DNA of 64,000 nucleotides from Octopus vulgaris (GCA_951406725.2 OX597823.1:20646001-20710000), one strand, 5' to 3'; numbered from the stretch's first letter, positions 12,881-27,115 are shown. The notes: generated by a model from the letters alone, not told the origin. Numbers and translations: made by a program.

Positions 12881-14992
12881 TTTTAAACAAGAATGCAACA
12901 TAAAGATTTAAACGCTTGCTATTCCAAAGAGCGTTTATTTTTAAATGATAGTGAAGGGAAAACCCATTAAACTGGATTTTCTTCGACTGGTGGATGGAAA
13001 TTCTATATGTTCAGGGTGTAGCTTGATATATGCAAGGAAAAAGTGGTTGAGGATAGAATTACAGAATATTTTATGCAGGGATGCGACAATTAAAGAAACG
13101 GGTTGGTTGTGGTGAGGTGAATAGAGAGAGAACGGAGATGAAGGAAACTGCATGAGATGTAGAAAAGATATGGAGAGAAAATTGTATCTGTCAACTTTTA
13201 TTTATTGCCACAATTTAGCTCCGATGCAGAAAACATGTTACCTAAAACATTTCATCCATCACCGTCTTGTTTGCTGTTTCTCCAACACACTGCACGCGGA
13301 AACCGTATTTAATATGTTTTCTCCACAGTAGCACACTGCGATGAAAATATCTTGTTGCTGTTATTAGAAGGCCGAACGACCACATATCATATACTCCATC
13401 GGTTCTTGAATGGTCGGCGTTCAATGATGGTAGTGTGTGAGTGCACTTTTCAAAATGTGCCTAAAGTTTGTGCTATTAGAAGAGGCATTATGTAGTGCAG
13501 TAATCTACAGAAACAAAACAGCGTTTAAGATATTACAGGAACCAATCTTAAAGAGAAGTTATTATTAGAAACAACAATATTGAAACCCTTCGGAACAGGA
13601 GAAAATGATTTGCAGTACGTTTTCCGAATGTCTGTGCTCGTTTTGGTTTTCTCATAAGAACTTCTGTTTGTTTAAAGTTCAACAAACATTTGTAGATTGT
13701 AGCTGCTATTTCTGTACTAAGGATCATCTCCCTGAAATATTTAGATATAAGTCAATTATTTTTCTTTCAGAGCGGAAGGATACAACATTCCAATCATTTC
13801 TAAATCAGGTTTATATACTGTATTACATTGGAGGACAATATTGAATGTCATCTCATGACCAAGCATGTTATAGCAGCTGAGTTGAGTTCATTTAAAATAT
13901 CTGTTTATTAATGATTGCATTAATGATTTAATGAGAAATAATCAACTTCTATGTCAAGGTGACATTTAATAGCACTTTATGCTGGTCTATCTGTAAATCC
14001 TGGGAGATAAGAATAAGATTCTCGAAATGTTTTTTATAGTTGCGTAGGTGTTACTGAATATTTATAGCTTTCAGTTTCAACATATTGACATTTTCTTGGC
14101 AGTAATTTTATTGACAGTTTACCATAGCAGGAAGGACAGTTGGTTTGCTAGAGCATGCGCATAGAAATCTATTTTGCCTTTAGTATAATTCAGTTGATAG
14201 ATTCCATACGTGTAAATAATATCATGCAGAACATTTTTGAATGCAGTCGTATTTCTCCCATAAGGTTTCGTTCATAATAAACAGACGATGATCTTCAATC
14301 GACTTTTGTTTCGCTGAAACTGCATCGGACATCCAGGGCACTCGGCGTTTTTGACTTTTGTGCTTATGAGAAAACGTTATATATATATATAGAAAGTATG
14401 TGTGTAAGTGTGTATGTATCTATAGATATAGATACAAACACACACACACACACTCGTGCACACACATATGCAGCAGTTTGGTAAGGATCCAAAGGAGTAG
14501 TCAATGAGATAATACAGTAATCTATTTAAGCCGAGCCAGTGGCCTTTTGCACCGGAGTTTCCATCTCTTGTCACTTTTTTCAACTAGTCACTCTAGTTTT
14601 AGCTGTTATTACGCAAATGTTATGCCAAATAGGGTACAAGACAATATATACAATGAAGAAATCAAAATCACAAACCAAGGAAAATTACGAAACTACCCAC
14701 CTGTTGACTACAATATTTCTAATTTATATTTATATATATATTTATATATAATACAAAATAAGAAAATGGAGAAATACATCGAAATCAAATATCAATTACC
14801 TGATAATACTCAATCACATACTTTATTAAACCACTACATAAGAAACTATAAGGTTAAACATTATATGTATTATGTATTAACTTTGTTGGGTACCTCACTA
14901 GCAGTATATTGGATATATGGTATCCCATGGTGGGTTGCATTTACAACCCCTATCTCAATTTGTAACTATATTTATATATATATATTTATAAA

Positions 14993-15558
14993 TTGTTTAT
15001 AAATTTAACCTTTAAAGGTTTTTCTAATATGCTGGCCATTGATAAAATTTTTTTCGAAAAATTTTATTCTAAATTAGATGTTAATTTAATAGTGTTCACT
15101 TCCCGACTCTCTCACTTTACGAGAGTTTTTCAGTTCGAATCGCACATGTCTCGAGATGGGCTAAAGAGTTTCTATTTTGGATATATTTGGGGTGCTTAAT
15201 TGTTCTCATGGCTTAGTGCTCGCTTTGTCCGTGGGTATAAGTAAGCATTTCACTTATTTATTTGCCGTATTTATCACTGATGAAGGGAAGGTTCTTATGA
15301 ACCAACTCTGAAATCGGTCCGATATGGTAATAACGGGATTTTTTAGAAATTTCTGTCGGCTTTCTTCGAAACGCGTGCTTGTAGTGATAAATTACATGGT
15401 TATTGTCGTTGTGTCTATCTTCGGCATATTTTGGCATTAGAAATTTTTTTCTTTTGCCCTTACTTATAAGTTGTTTATAAATTTAACCTTTAAAGGTATT
15501 TTTTAATATGCTGTCCATTGATAAAATTTCTTTCGAAAAATTTTATCCTTAATTAAAT
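14993..15558 (+). mobile_element. Penelope-pLTR/retrozyme-like element, about 478-bp unit with about 88-bp terminal direct repeat
   Basis: ttgtttataaatttaacctttaaagg...gaaaaattttat is repeated at 14993 and 15471. Contains the hammerhead at 15262-15330 and is flanked by (TA)n. Confidence 0.65.
15262..15330 (+). ncRNA. Minimal type I hammerhead ribozyme (slightly decayed)
   Basis: UUGCCG..UAUCA-CUGAUGA(15277-15283)-AGGG AA GGUUC UUAU GAACC AA CUCU-GAAA(15310-15313)-UCGG-UC-CGAUA UGGUAA. Core intact, GUC triplet, A-C mismatch at the first stem I pair. Confidence 0.7.
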
Positions 15559-15572
15559 ATATATATATATAT

Positions 15573-15768
15573 TTACTCTTTTACTCTTTTATTTGTTTCA
15601 GTCATTTGACTGCGGCCATGCTGGAACACCGTTTTTAGTTGAACAAATCGACTCCAGGACTAATTCCTTGTAAGCCTAGTCCTTATTCTATCGTTCTGTT
15701 TTGCCGAACCGCTAAGTTACGGGGACATAAACACACCAGTATCGGTTGGACTGTCAAACCGAAGATCT
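15573..15768 (-). mobile_element. SINE family A, 3' half
   Basis: Reverse complement of the family A 3' domain. Confidence 0.75.
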
Positions 15769-16276
15769 ACGGACATATTGCGAAAGTTGAGTTACGTAAT
15801 ATGTTGATAGTGAAACATGTATGTGAATAATCCATAATTTTATTACTTTTCTTTTGTCTTTCTCTTTGGTTATTTGCTGAATTTATTTCTTGAGGACATT
15901 TCTTGATTGGTAAGACCATAGCGGATCTACTTCTAGCATAAGCGCATCCACATAGTGGTTTCTCCCTCATAAGTATATAATGCAATTTTACTGAACATTC
16001 ATTTTTTTTCATATGCTAGACTACTGGTGTGAAATTGATATTAATTAAATTAATATCGAATTTAAATTTATATATATATATGTATATATATATTTATGGA
16101 TCTGTGTGTGTGAGGAGGAGGTATTTGTGCTGCTTTGCTTTTATTCTGGAAGAATTTAGGTCAGATGATTATTATTACATTTCTAGATTTCTGAGACTGA
16201 GAAATCCACTATTGGGAATGCGTTACTAAAAAACAATCTGTAATTATCTTTAAAATGATAACATTAATAGCAATAA

Positions 16277-16487
16277 GGCGGCGAGTTAGCAAACCCATTA
16301 GCACCACCGACAATATGCTTAGCGGCATTTCGTTCATTTTTCCGTCCTGGGTGCAAAATTGGCCGAAGTCGACTTTGCCTTTCATCCTTTCAGGGTCGAT
16401 AAAATAAGTACTGGTTGAGCACTTTGGGTCGATGTAATCGACTAACCCTTCCCTTTAAAATTGCTAGGCTTATGCTCAAATTAGAAA
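16277..16487 (+). mobile_element. SINE family B
   Basis: Consensus match with an (ATT)n tail. Confidence 0.75.
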
Positions 16488-16540
<53 letters not shown>

Positions 16541-16544
16541 TATT

Positions 16545-16915
16545 ATTTTTTTTTACTTTTAATCTGCATATTTGTTACAATCTCTTGGCGAGGCACACCC
16601 AGCATCCTGAGGCGAGTGAAAGAGAAGAGATTTCACAGTATGACTGACAGTTTGGGGAGGAGAAGTGGCAGGGACAGTAGCAAAATATCATCATGTAATA
16701 CAACACAGACATATAAATTGATACGGTTTTTCTAAGGATGTGAGCAGCACTTGTCAGCGCAATCTTTTGGATATCTCTGAGACATGGTTCTCTTGAGATA
16801 TTATCTAGATGTTTCTGACATCCTTTTTTTATCATACATAACAATAACAGGAACAGTTCTCACTTTAAGATGTCGCATCTTTTGTATTTCAATTCCCAGG
16901 TCCTTATATTTACTT
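16545..16915 (-). mobile_element. R4/Dong-clade non-LTR element 3' end in (TAA)n
   Basis: KYKDLGIEIQKM...VPVIV...IQKIALTSAAHILRKTVSI is the restriction-like endonuclease C-terminus. (ATT)n lies on both sides. Confidence 0.75.
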
Positions 16916-16961
16916 ATTATTATCATTATTGTTGTTATTATGATTATTATTATTATTATCA

Positions 16962-16992
<31 letters not shown>

Positions 16993-17012
16993 CATCATCA
17001 TCATCATCATCA

Positions 17013-17062
<50 letters not shown>

Positions 17063-17610
17063 GAGTGAGAGAGCAGTGCATGCCATCAAAGTGACACTGG
17101 GTAATATATACGAAGCCCAGTATACCCATCATGACTACCCGTCTGATAAGGTTACACTAGGCACATTCATCACAGCCATGAGGTGCGCGACATGGTGATC
17201 TCATATCAAAATAAACAGTGCATGAACTTGTAAGTGGTTCCCAGTTAGAATTTTTCTTCTGGTCGAGTAGCCCATCCCGCTCAAAAGGTTCCTGAATAAG
17301 GATTGTTTAAGGATGTTGAACGAACCACCCATGTTTCCAAAGGTGAATTATCCAAACCTCCAAGAATTCCTTTCGACACACGGCTATGATGCTCCCCCAC
17401 TACTTCTGCTCGAGATTAGAGATGCACATATCGTCAGCAACTAAGGGACATGCTCAACTGGTTACGGTCAAACAACTGACAAGCAAATCTGTGGTTTTGA
17501 GCAGAAATTTTTGTCGTAGCTCATCTTTTATACCAAGACAAAACAATGTACATGATAACACTTCAAATCAGTTAAGATGAGAAGCCACGAGAGCCACTGC
17601 CACATGGCAT
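17063..17610. mobile_element. Unclassified non-coding insertion within (ATT)n
   Basis: About 550 bp of complex sequence bounded by (ATT)n; no recognisable ORF. Confidence 0.35.
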
Positions 17611-17653
17611 TTATTATTAGTATTGCTACTACTACTACTGCTGCCACTACTAC

Positions 17654-17728
<75 letters not shown>

Positions 17729-17741
17729 CACCACCACCACC

Positions 17742-17779
<38 letters not shown>

Positions 17780-18803
17780 AATTATTATTATTATCATTGT
17801 TGTTGTTGTTGTTGTTGTCGTTGTTGTTAGTCTTTGGTCAATCTACGTGAAAAGAGTTACTAGTCTTTGCAGACCTGTTGTATTGTTTTTAGGAAGACTG
17901 TATTTAATACTGCAGCGTATTTAATTTGCTTTGGCGCTTACACCAACAGCAGCATCATCGACAACAATTACTGCTTCATCAACAATAATATCGGTAACAA
18001 AAGAACAACAGCATTGGATACAATATCATAAAAGAAACATATATAAAATATCAGGACAACAACAAAAGGAACACTGTTGTCATCATCATCAGCATCAGCA
18101 GCACCATCATTATCATCAACAAACCCAACAATCTGATACATTCATAACAACATCAACATGTACAATGACGACACAGATTCTCAATATAACAGGAAATTAT
18201 TCCGAAGCAATTAAATGACGAATATTTTTCTACTCCTATTTCCATCCCCGCCCCTGCTTCTCACTCCTCTCATAGTGACCGTTAAATGGACAAAAATGTA
18301 TCTTAGAAGCCATTTTAATTAAAACGAGATTAAATAATCTGATAACTGTTTTACGTTTTGTAACGAAGTGACAAGAACAAATACAAAAGCTACTGAAATG
18401 AGAGAGAGTGAAGAGAGAGAGAGAGAGAATTCACAAAGAGATGTGGAATGTGAGTCCTTTCTAGTACTCACCTTTATATTCTCCAGTCATTATTCTCCAT
18501 AACAGCAACATATTAATCTTGATACTTAACAGCTGTGTTTTTGCTCTTTCCTGTACAAGTAGTCTTTGTATAAACACATCTTGCTGTATATTTTACAATT
18601 GTTTTTATAGGCGTGCGCCTGTCTGTGTGTGGGTATGTTTCTCGCATATGATTCAATCTTCCGTTTAACCAACAATAGGTTTAAATATTATACTCCCACG
18701 GTTTTATAGATTAGGGCAATTCTCCCAGTCAGTATTTCGACGTGATTAAGCCTGTACTTTCCAATCGCTAGCAGATATGAAAACGAGACTAACAGAAATA
18801 TTC

Positions 18804-18984
18804 TCTCTCTCTCTCTAACCGCTCAGTCGAAGTCGACTCTCGGTCACTCGTTGGTTCAGTGTCCTCCAGTCAGTTCTATCCCGGGTCGCTTCTTTCAGAT
18901 TGGCTATGTCCATTCCGGTATCACTCTTGATGGTGTCAAGCCAGCGGGTTCTTGGTAGGCCTCTTCCTCTCTTGCCACTGACCA
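18804..18984 (-). mobile_element. RTE-clade LINE 3' end
   Basis: GKRGRGLPRTRWLDTIK...ATRDRTDWR...VTESRLRLSG* is the RTE C-terminal signature, followed by a (GA)n tail. Confidence 0.75.
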
Positions 18985-20573
18985 TTATTATTAAGGAAAA
19001 CAAATGGAAGAAAAACAGATAAAAAAAGTTCAACACAATTTCTAAGACAATTCTGACCGCAAACATTTCAACAACGTCTATCATTTCACTTACAGCGTCA
19101 TTGCTACAAGTCGGAGGGAACATACTCTTATTTGCTGAAGGAAGGCGGTGCTACAGTTCAACAGGATCCGGTCCAGATTGGGGTAACAAATATTAAATGA
19201 ACAGCTAAGAGTATCGTAGCATCTAATCAAGAAGCATTAAGATGGAAACATTGATATCTAATAAACAAGAGTTGAGTATATTTGAACAGAGAATATCAGA
19301 GCTTAAACTCGTGTATAATTCTAAACAGATATATGATATATTCTAGCTGTGAGCATGATGATAATCGTTTCAGTCATAGTGTATCTAGAACTATATTAAC
19401 GAGTGTGTGCATCCATTTTTACAAAAGTATACTATAACTATTTATTGGTTATTTCTAGCAGATCAAGAGACTGTGACGAGACTCACCGACTAATTTCATA
19501 TAAAATGCTTTAAATGTTTAGTAGCACCATCATCTACCGATTTTATCTAATTTCATATCGGTAAAATATCTCCAAGCAATAACTCGCATGAAGCCAACGT
19601 ACGGTTATATGTTTCGTTAAATTAATATCTCCATGTTTGAACATGTTTGAATAAATAATGGAGATGGCCAGGGCTTATGTTGTTTTATCAAGCTAGTATT
19701 GCATATCAAATATCAAACATTCATTAATCAGGTGTTGCTATTAAGTTAGATACGATCAGGATCACCAAGAGAAATCTGAACTGTTTGAAGTATATAACGC
19801 ATGTGATTGGGAATATGTATGCATACGCACATACGCGCGCGCGCACACACACACACATTGGGGTGTTATGTTATACACACGTAGGAGTAATAAAGTACTT
19901 AATCCATGATGTAAATTAAGAATTCAGTTTTTTATAAATTTAATATATCATTCTAAGAGCTACACTGTGTACATGTAAAAAGGTGTATGTGTGTGTTTTG
20001 TTCGGAAGCGGTGTATCTATTTTGTTTGTTTTTATAGTTTAATGTAGGTGGTGTTTAAGAATGTGCTTCCAAGCAAGTGAATGGCTATCTGTATATCAGT
20101 TTGAACAGCAGGTTTCTTTGGAATAGGATAAATTTAATCTGATTTGCATTATCAGCCAATTTTTTAAGGCACATTTGGTAAAGTGTTAAAAATTTGCTTT
20201 GGAAAATGGAACCTAAAGCATGGAAGCATGTAACGTTTGAATTTACTTAAGTTTTCGTCGAAGGTGATTAGTGTTACTTAATGGAGAGGCGATATGCAAT
20301 GGAAAGTCAGTTAATTCGTGTAGTTTGAGGTCAGAGATTCTATTGTAGATGAGAGTGGTCCACGGAACATGTTATCAGGTTGAAAGGAAGACGTTTGGGA
20401 AGAAGAGTAAAACAGAAGGACAGTACATGGACTACGTTCATACTGATGGAGCTTCCTAAAAGGAAACGTGACCGTGGAGCACATACACAAAAAACACCTA
20501 CATACACACAAGGAAACAAAGACATATCCATCTTTGTGAAATCCTTACCACGCTTATCCCGTCTTACACGTTT

Positions 20574-20944
20574 GAAAGCACTCCGTCGGTTACGACGATG
20601 AGGGTTCCGGTTGATCCGAATCAACGGAACAGCCTGCTCGTGAAATTAACGTGTAAGTGGCTGAGCTCTCCACAGACACGTGTACCCTTAACGTAGTTCT
20701 CGGGGATATTCAGCGTGACAAGGCCGGCCCTTTGAAATACAGGTACAACAGAAACAGGAAGTAAGAGTGAGAGAAAGTTGTGGTGAAAGAGTACAGCAGG
20801 GATCACCACCATCCCTGCCGGAGCCTCGTGGAGCTTTAGGTGTTTTCGCTCAATAAACACTCACAACGCCCGGTCTGGGAATCGAAACCGCGATCCCACG
20901 ACCGCGAGTCCGCTGCCCTAACCGCTGGGCCATTGCGCCTCCAC
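20574..20944 (-). mobile_element. tRNA-derived SINE family C
   Basis: Head gtggaggcgcaatggcccagcggttagggcagcggactcg...ggtttcgattccc; TSD cttacacgttt / cttccacgttt. Confidence 0.8.
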
Positions 20945-21540
20945 CTTCCACGTTTACATAACCACTTTATTGCAAGCGGCTTCTTTGGCTGATACCATGT
21001 TGTTCCGTGCACGTGACTACAATAAAAAGCATCAACAATATAAAAATGGAAAACGAACAAAGATACATTAGAGCAAGGTTCACAAAACATCATATTGCGC
21101 ACCGTTTTTAACTCATACAACTCCAAACTGCATCCATCCATACAAGATTAATTTTGGAAACATTTACTCCATCGGGTATTCTAACTTACCACGAGCTGTA
21201 GTGTGGCATTGAGTCAAAGATTTCCCCACAAATCTTATACATTACAAATATATTAAATTCTCCAATTCTCCAAAGGTAACAGTATATAAAACATCCTACT
21301 TTCTTCTCTACATTATCTATGTATGTATGTATGTATGTATGTATGTATGTATGTATGTATGTATGTATGTATGTATGTATGTATGTATGTATGTATGTAT
21401 GTTCTTGTCGACAGCATATTATATAGTATCGTTCCACTGTCCGCTGATACAGAAATTTTCGACCAATACAAAGACTTCAATAACGATCCGCTCAGTAGAG
21501 CTGAGTATACTGATAATATCGTAGTGTATACCCATTTAGT

Positions 21541-21875
21541 GAAGGCGTATGGCTCAGTGGTTGGAGCATCGAGCTCACTACGATCGTGAGGTTGTGAGTT
21601 CTATTTTCGGACCGGGCTGCGTGTTGTGTTCTTGTGCAAGACACTTTATTTCACGTTGCTCCAGTTAACTCAGCTGTAGAAATGAGTTGCGACGTCACAA
21701 GCGCCAAGCTGTATCGGCCTTTGCCTTTCCCTTGGATAACATCAGTTGTGTGGAGAGGAGAGGGTGGTATGCATGGACGACTGCTGATCTTCCATAAACA
21801 ACCTTGCCCGGACCTGTACCTCAGAGGGTAACATTCTAGGTGCAATCCCATGGTCATTCATGACCGAAGGGGGTC
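21541..21875 (+). mobile_element. tRNA-derived SINE (family related to C)
   Basis: A-box tggctcagtgg, B-box-like gagttctatt, then a SINE-like body. Confidence 0.6.
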
Positions 21876-23811
21876 TCCCATACCCATTTAGGACAACTCT
21901 GACTTTTCCGCGCGGGTTACTAATTGTCTCTCTCCCTGCTGACTGCATCGTTGGTCACATGACCCGGCGCCTGCAGTCTCAATCTAGTACAAATTCAAGT
22001 AGTTTCTTTTCAGCTCTACTTGGCCCAAACACCACTAATACTTACCCACTATACACCTAATTTTAAGAAGCTACGGAAATCTCGCAACTTTCATAACGCT
22101 ATGTCTATAAATAAATTCCACACTGAATCGGCTAAGAAGGATGCATCCGTACACTTAGTCACTAGGGCTGTGCCCGGACTCACTTCCTGAAACCCCAATC
22201 GAGAGGTTTTCCTGTGGCAAGCAGGAATGCTAGACAAAGGGAAGTAATCTGCTTCCAGCCATTCTTCGCCCTCAGTAAACTACCGAAATTGTTTTTTTGC
22301 AGCTTTAGAGAAGTATACATCCAGCAAAGTATAGGAAGATTTAAAACCCTCTTTGCTTTAAGTTCCTATGCCCCATACCTCTAATAAGTTATACGTAGGA
22401 TTAATAATAATAACTGATGTTATAAGTAGGATTAATAATAAACGACTTATCGACCAGAACTAAGGCTGACTCGAATCGTACACAATATCGCAGAATACAC
22501 AACAACTCGAGAACCCTTGTCAAATTAGAGAACTAACTGATTTCCACCAAGTCCATTTTGCATTTCATTCAACAAAACGCGCGTGATTGTGGAGTAATTC
22601 CTGCGCACGACAACCATCCTTCTGGAGGAGAACAACATCACTAAAAACAATCAGGAGTTTACCAATCGTGCTGCGATAACGGCCCTAAACACAACGGTCT
22701 GAACTACATCCTGCCTGCACCCTCAGTTTTATTGTATAATTGTAAATGTCCTTCCCTCTGTCCATTAGATAACAAGTGCCTAATGAATGGCATTGTTTAT
22801 CAATGGTGTAGTTACTACAAATCAGGAGAGATACGTTTACAAAGCTGTTACTTGAAATGACTTCAAATTTAGATACATAATCATAGTATAACTAAGTTCG
22901 AAGCTAAAGTTGGTTGTACATTTTAAAACTAATTTGGAAATTAGAAACGGATTCAGTTGACTACAATATATAATGGCCAGTAGGTTCATCATGTGAAACC
23001 CTACACTGATTATGATTACAGATACTCGGAATGCATTGTGGTAATTATGACGGTAATTAACAAAAAGGACAACGTTATCACTAGATTCGATGAATTTATT
23101 ATGAGATATAAACATAAATTTGGCATTACTAATTAATACCTTCTCGCTAGTTGTTAATGATAATTTCTCTTTAAAAATGACATCCCCTTGTTTGGTAACT
23201 CATTAGAAAATGCATACACAGATTACGCAACACCTACTTCTTCTACAAGACATGATTTATATTTTAAAATTCCTGTCTTCCTGTCCCTCCCTACTTAGTT
23301 TTAGTTAGTGGATATTTCGTAAAGAACATCGCCTGTAGGTCCGTAGGTTCGTACTTTAACTCTATTTAGTGTAATTATCATGTTTCCTGGTAGAATTTTT
23401 TGCTAAATTTTATTAAACTAACATACCATACTCTGGATTGTACATTACTCCTTTATGTTACTACTAGCTAGTTGTCTGGTGCTCCGGCTCGGATTAGTAC
23501 ACTTCCTATATATTTTTCTTCTGACAGCTAATTTATTACTTCGGTTACTTTCCAATTCCCAGGAGTGTCAAGTTTTATCCTCTTTCTACCTGTACGTTTT
23601 CATGTTTCGTTTTTCTCTGTCCAACGACCTAAGACATACCTATATGTGCATGTGTGTACTTTTTATCCGTATGAATTCATGCGTCTATAACTATACGTGT
23701 AACTTTGTTCACCTGTCTCATTTCAGTTTTGGTCGCAAGATTTCATATTTCTGTCATTACCATTTATTAATTATCAGCGTACATCTCGCCTGCTTGTGTG
23801 TACTTGTAAGT

Positions 23812-23902
<91 letters not shown>

Positions 23903-24139
23903 CTTGATATCGTACCTGTATTTTGATATCGCACAACGGTATTCGTTTGTAAAGATATAGATCTAAGTGTGTATGTGCCTGTACCTACATTTCATTTTAT
24001 TTTATTCTTAGTATATGTGTGTGCAACGAACATGTAGATACACATTTCTATGTTTTGCCATCTGTATAGCTAAGAATATGAGTGTGTGTGTATCTTTGTA
24101 TATACATATATATGGATATATATATATATATGCATACAT

Positions 24140-24174
<35 letters not shown>

Positions 24175-24176
24175 AT

Positions 24177-24220
<44 letters not shown>

Positions 24221-24245
24221 TACATATATATATATATATATATAT

Positions 24246-24282
<37 letters not shown>

Positions 24283-25032
24283 ATGTATATATGAGTCTGT
24301 ATATTTTTACATATATTTATATAGTTACATATATATTATGCTTCGTATACATGTGTCTACATAGCGTCTATTTTTGTGCGTTTGGACAGGTTTATTCATG
24401 CATGTATACATACAATTAACCTACTACCTTCAACTTATATTTCTCTTATTCTTTTTCTATTTTCTCTTTTCCATTTTCCAGTTCTTTCTTCTTTCCTGCT
24501 TTACTCCATTTGAGCTCTTATTACACATATTTGTCTATTCTAAGCAATAAACATCCCATTTCCGGCGCAACGGCTTTCCATCATTGACGCCAAATAGACA
24601 TAAATAAATGATCCACAGCTGTCAATACAGTAGTTTAAGTATGCTGATAACGAAATGGAACCACACCCCTGTCTATCACTAAAGTAATCGCTGAGTAAGG
24701 TACGCTATTGGGTATTTACTAATCCCAACCTACACACCCATTTTTTATATTTTTTCCAGTTGCCCCATTTTCCTCTTCACTCTCCATTACTGTATATTAT
24801 TTTCAACTAAAAGCTCTTATGTACTCGATGAAAAAGTACACCAGACGGCTACAAGATATTCGTAATATTACGTAAGGTGCATCCAATGTGTTTGTGAAAC
24901 AGCTGTACCGCTCGACTACTTCATTCTAATCCTTTTATTAAGAATATATTTGTATGTGCATCTATACGTACGTACGTCTCTCTCTCTCCCGCTCTTTCTC
25001 TCTCTCTATATTTATATGTAAGTATGTATGTA

Positions 25033-25903
25033 TGAGAAGAAGAGGAGGAGGAGGAAGAAGAAGAAGAAGAAGAAGAAGAAGAAGAAGAAGAAGAAGAAGA
25101 AGAGGAGGAGGAAGAAGAAGAAGTAGAAGAAGAAGAAGAAGGAGAAGAAGAAGGAGAAGAGGAAGAGGAGGAGGAAGTAGAAGAAGAAGAAGAAGAAGGA
25201 GAAGAATAAGAAGAAAAGGAGGAGGAGGAGGAGGAAGAAGTAGAAGAAGAAGAAGAAGGAGAAGAAGAAGAAGAAGAAGAAGAAGAAGAGGAGGAGGAGG
25301 AGGAGTAGAAGAAGAAGAAGAAGAAGGAGAAGAAGAAGAGGAGGAGGAGGAAGAGTAGAAGAAGAAGAAGGAGAAGAAGAAGAGGAGGAGGAAGAAGTAG
25401 AAGAAGAGGAAGAAGAAGAAGAAGAAGGAGAAGAAGAAGAAGAGGAGGAGGAGGAGGAAGAAGTAGAAGAAGAAGAAGAAGAAGAAGAAGGAGAAGAAGA
25501 AGAAGGAGGAGGAGGAAGAAGTAGAAGAAGAAGAAGAAGAAGAAGAAGGAGAAGAAGAAGAAGAGGAGGAGGAGGAGAAGAAGAAGAAGAAGAAGAAGAA
25601 GAAGAAGAAGAAGAAGAAGAAGAAGAAGAAGAAGAGGAGGAGGAGGAGGAGGAAGTAGAAGAAGAAGAAGAAGAAGAAGAAGAAGAAGAGGAGGAGGAGG
25701 AAGAAGAAGAAGAAGAAGAAGAAGAAGAAGGAGAAGAAGAAGAGGAGGAGGATGAAGAAGAAGAAGAAGAGGAAAAGGAAGAAGTAGAAGAAGAAGAAGA
25801 GGGGGAGGAGGAAGAAGTAGAAGAAGAAGAAGAAGAAAGAGAAGAAGAAGAAGAAGAAGAAGAAGAAGAAGAAAAGGAGGAGGAGGAAGAAGTAGAAGAA
25901 GAA

Positions 25904-25959
<56 letters not shown>

Positions 25960-26056
25960 AGAAGGAGGAGGAAAAGGAAGAAGTAGAAGAAGGAGAAGAA
26001 GAAGAGGAGGAAGAAGAAGGAGAAGAAGAGGAGAAGAAGAGGAGGAAGAAGAAGAA
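25033..26056. repeat. 1-kb (GAA)n/(GGA)n polypurine tract
   Basis: Directly visible; interrupted only by occasional T (gta). Confidence 0.95.
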
Positions 26057-26720
26057 AACATTTTTATGGTGTACAAAATAGTATATTGGTAATATAAATA
26101 AAGTTGGTCGGAAGAAATGAATTTTCCCAAATTTATGTATACATACGTGCAAGATCTCCAGTTTTTGTAAGAAAATGAAATACAATAAAATAAGATGAAA
26201 TGTTTTACTCAATTTCTTTTCATTCTAATAAGTTCATGTTTTTCAATAAAAAAATATCGATGCTTCTTTCTGTGAACTGTTGTTTCAACGTTCGCTTGTC
26301 ATACATTTCAGTTGTACAGGAGATCGATGACCTACACAAAGGATAGATTTCCTTGAAAAATATTTAAGCAATAACAATAGCGCTTTCTTGCGACAAACTC
26401 AATAAACCTTGGTAGATATCGTTAAATCCGATGTAGTAAACTTCACACCCACACCAAATCCGCAATAAAGTTAAGTAGGACGAAGAAGGATATGTGTTTC
26501 GGGAAAGTTTCTGTTTATTTTGTATGTTTAAACTCATAGTAACAATAACACAAGTAGGTTAGCGGAAAGATGCAGAGGGGGTATGTATTATTGGGCTGCA
26601 GCTTATTTAACGACCTCAATACAATTTTGAACTTAGAAGGAAAACAAAGAAGTTGCATAAGAGAGTCATTTTTATCGGCAGTTTTACAGATTCTGCATTT
26701 TGCCATTGAAATATTACTAA

Positions 26721-27115
26721 TCTTTATATATAAAAGTGAGGTTGTGTGCTGTCTGCCTCCTACGATTTACATTCCTAACTACTCCCACATTTTGCGGTGC
26801 AGTTTAACCAAAAGCGGGTATCTTATAGTCGTGATTCATATCGAGTCCTTCTGGGTATTAGCGCGCGTCTACGATGAGTCTACGATTTAAAAAAAAATTT
26901 ACCATCAATTTTTTCCCATTTTTAATGCATTTTTGGCATATATAAGGGAAGTAACTCTCTAAACATTTATTATTAAATCTCAGAACGTAAAAAGCTACAG
27001 TAACACCCCCCTTGTGGTTAGCCATATTGAGATGGCTATTATACTTTACATCTCTAAAAATGCTTATATAGTTATTTCCCTTACAAACTCGAGCAACGCC
27101 GGGCGATTCTACTAG
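26721..27115 (+). mobile_element. Non-autonomous Helitron (395 bp)
   Basis: 5' TC, 3' hairpin (ctcgagcaacgccggg) then CTAG, inserted between A and T with no TSD. Near-identical to 56414-56808. Confidence 0.8.

Noticed and set aside
20428-20480. ctgatgga...gaaac inside a hairpin as a hammerhead
   Set aside because: The core is not CUGANGA and there is no room for stem III/NUH.
21880-22740. Complex-sequence block that might be an LTR or LINE remnant
   Set aside because: No paired LTR, TG..CA ends or protein motif could be identified.
24954-26212. 416-aa and 372-aa ORFs, and the many YIYI/CVCV/poly-L/poly-V ORFs elsewhere (e.g. 58728-60517)
   Set aside because: Translations of microsatellites that lack stop codons.
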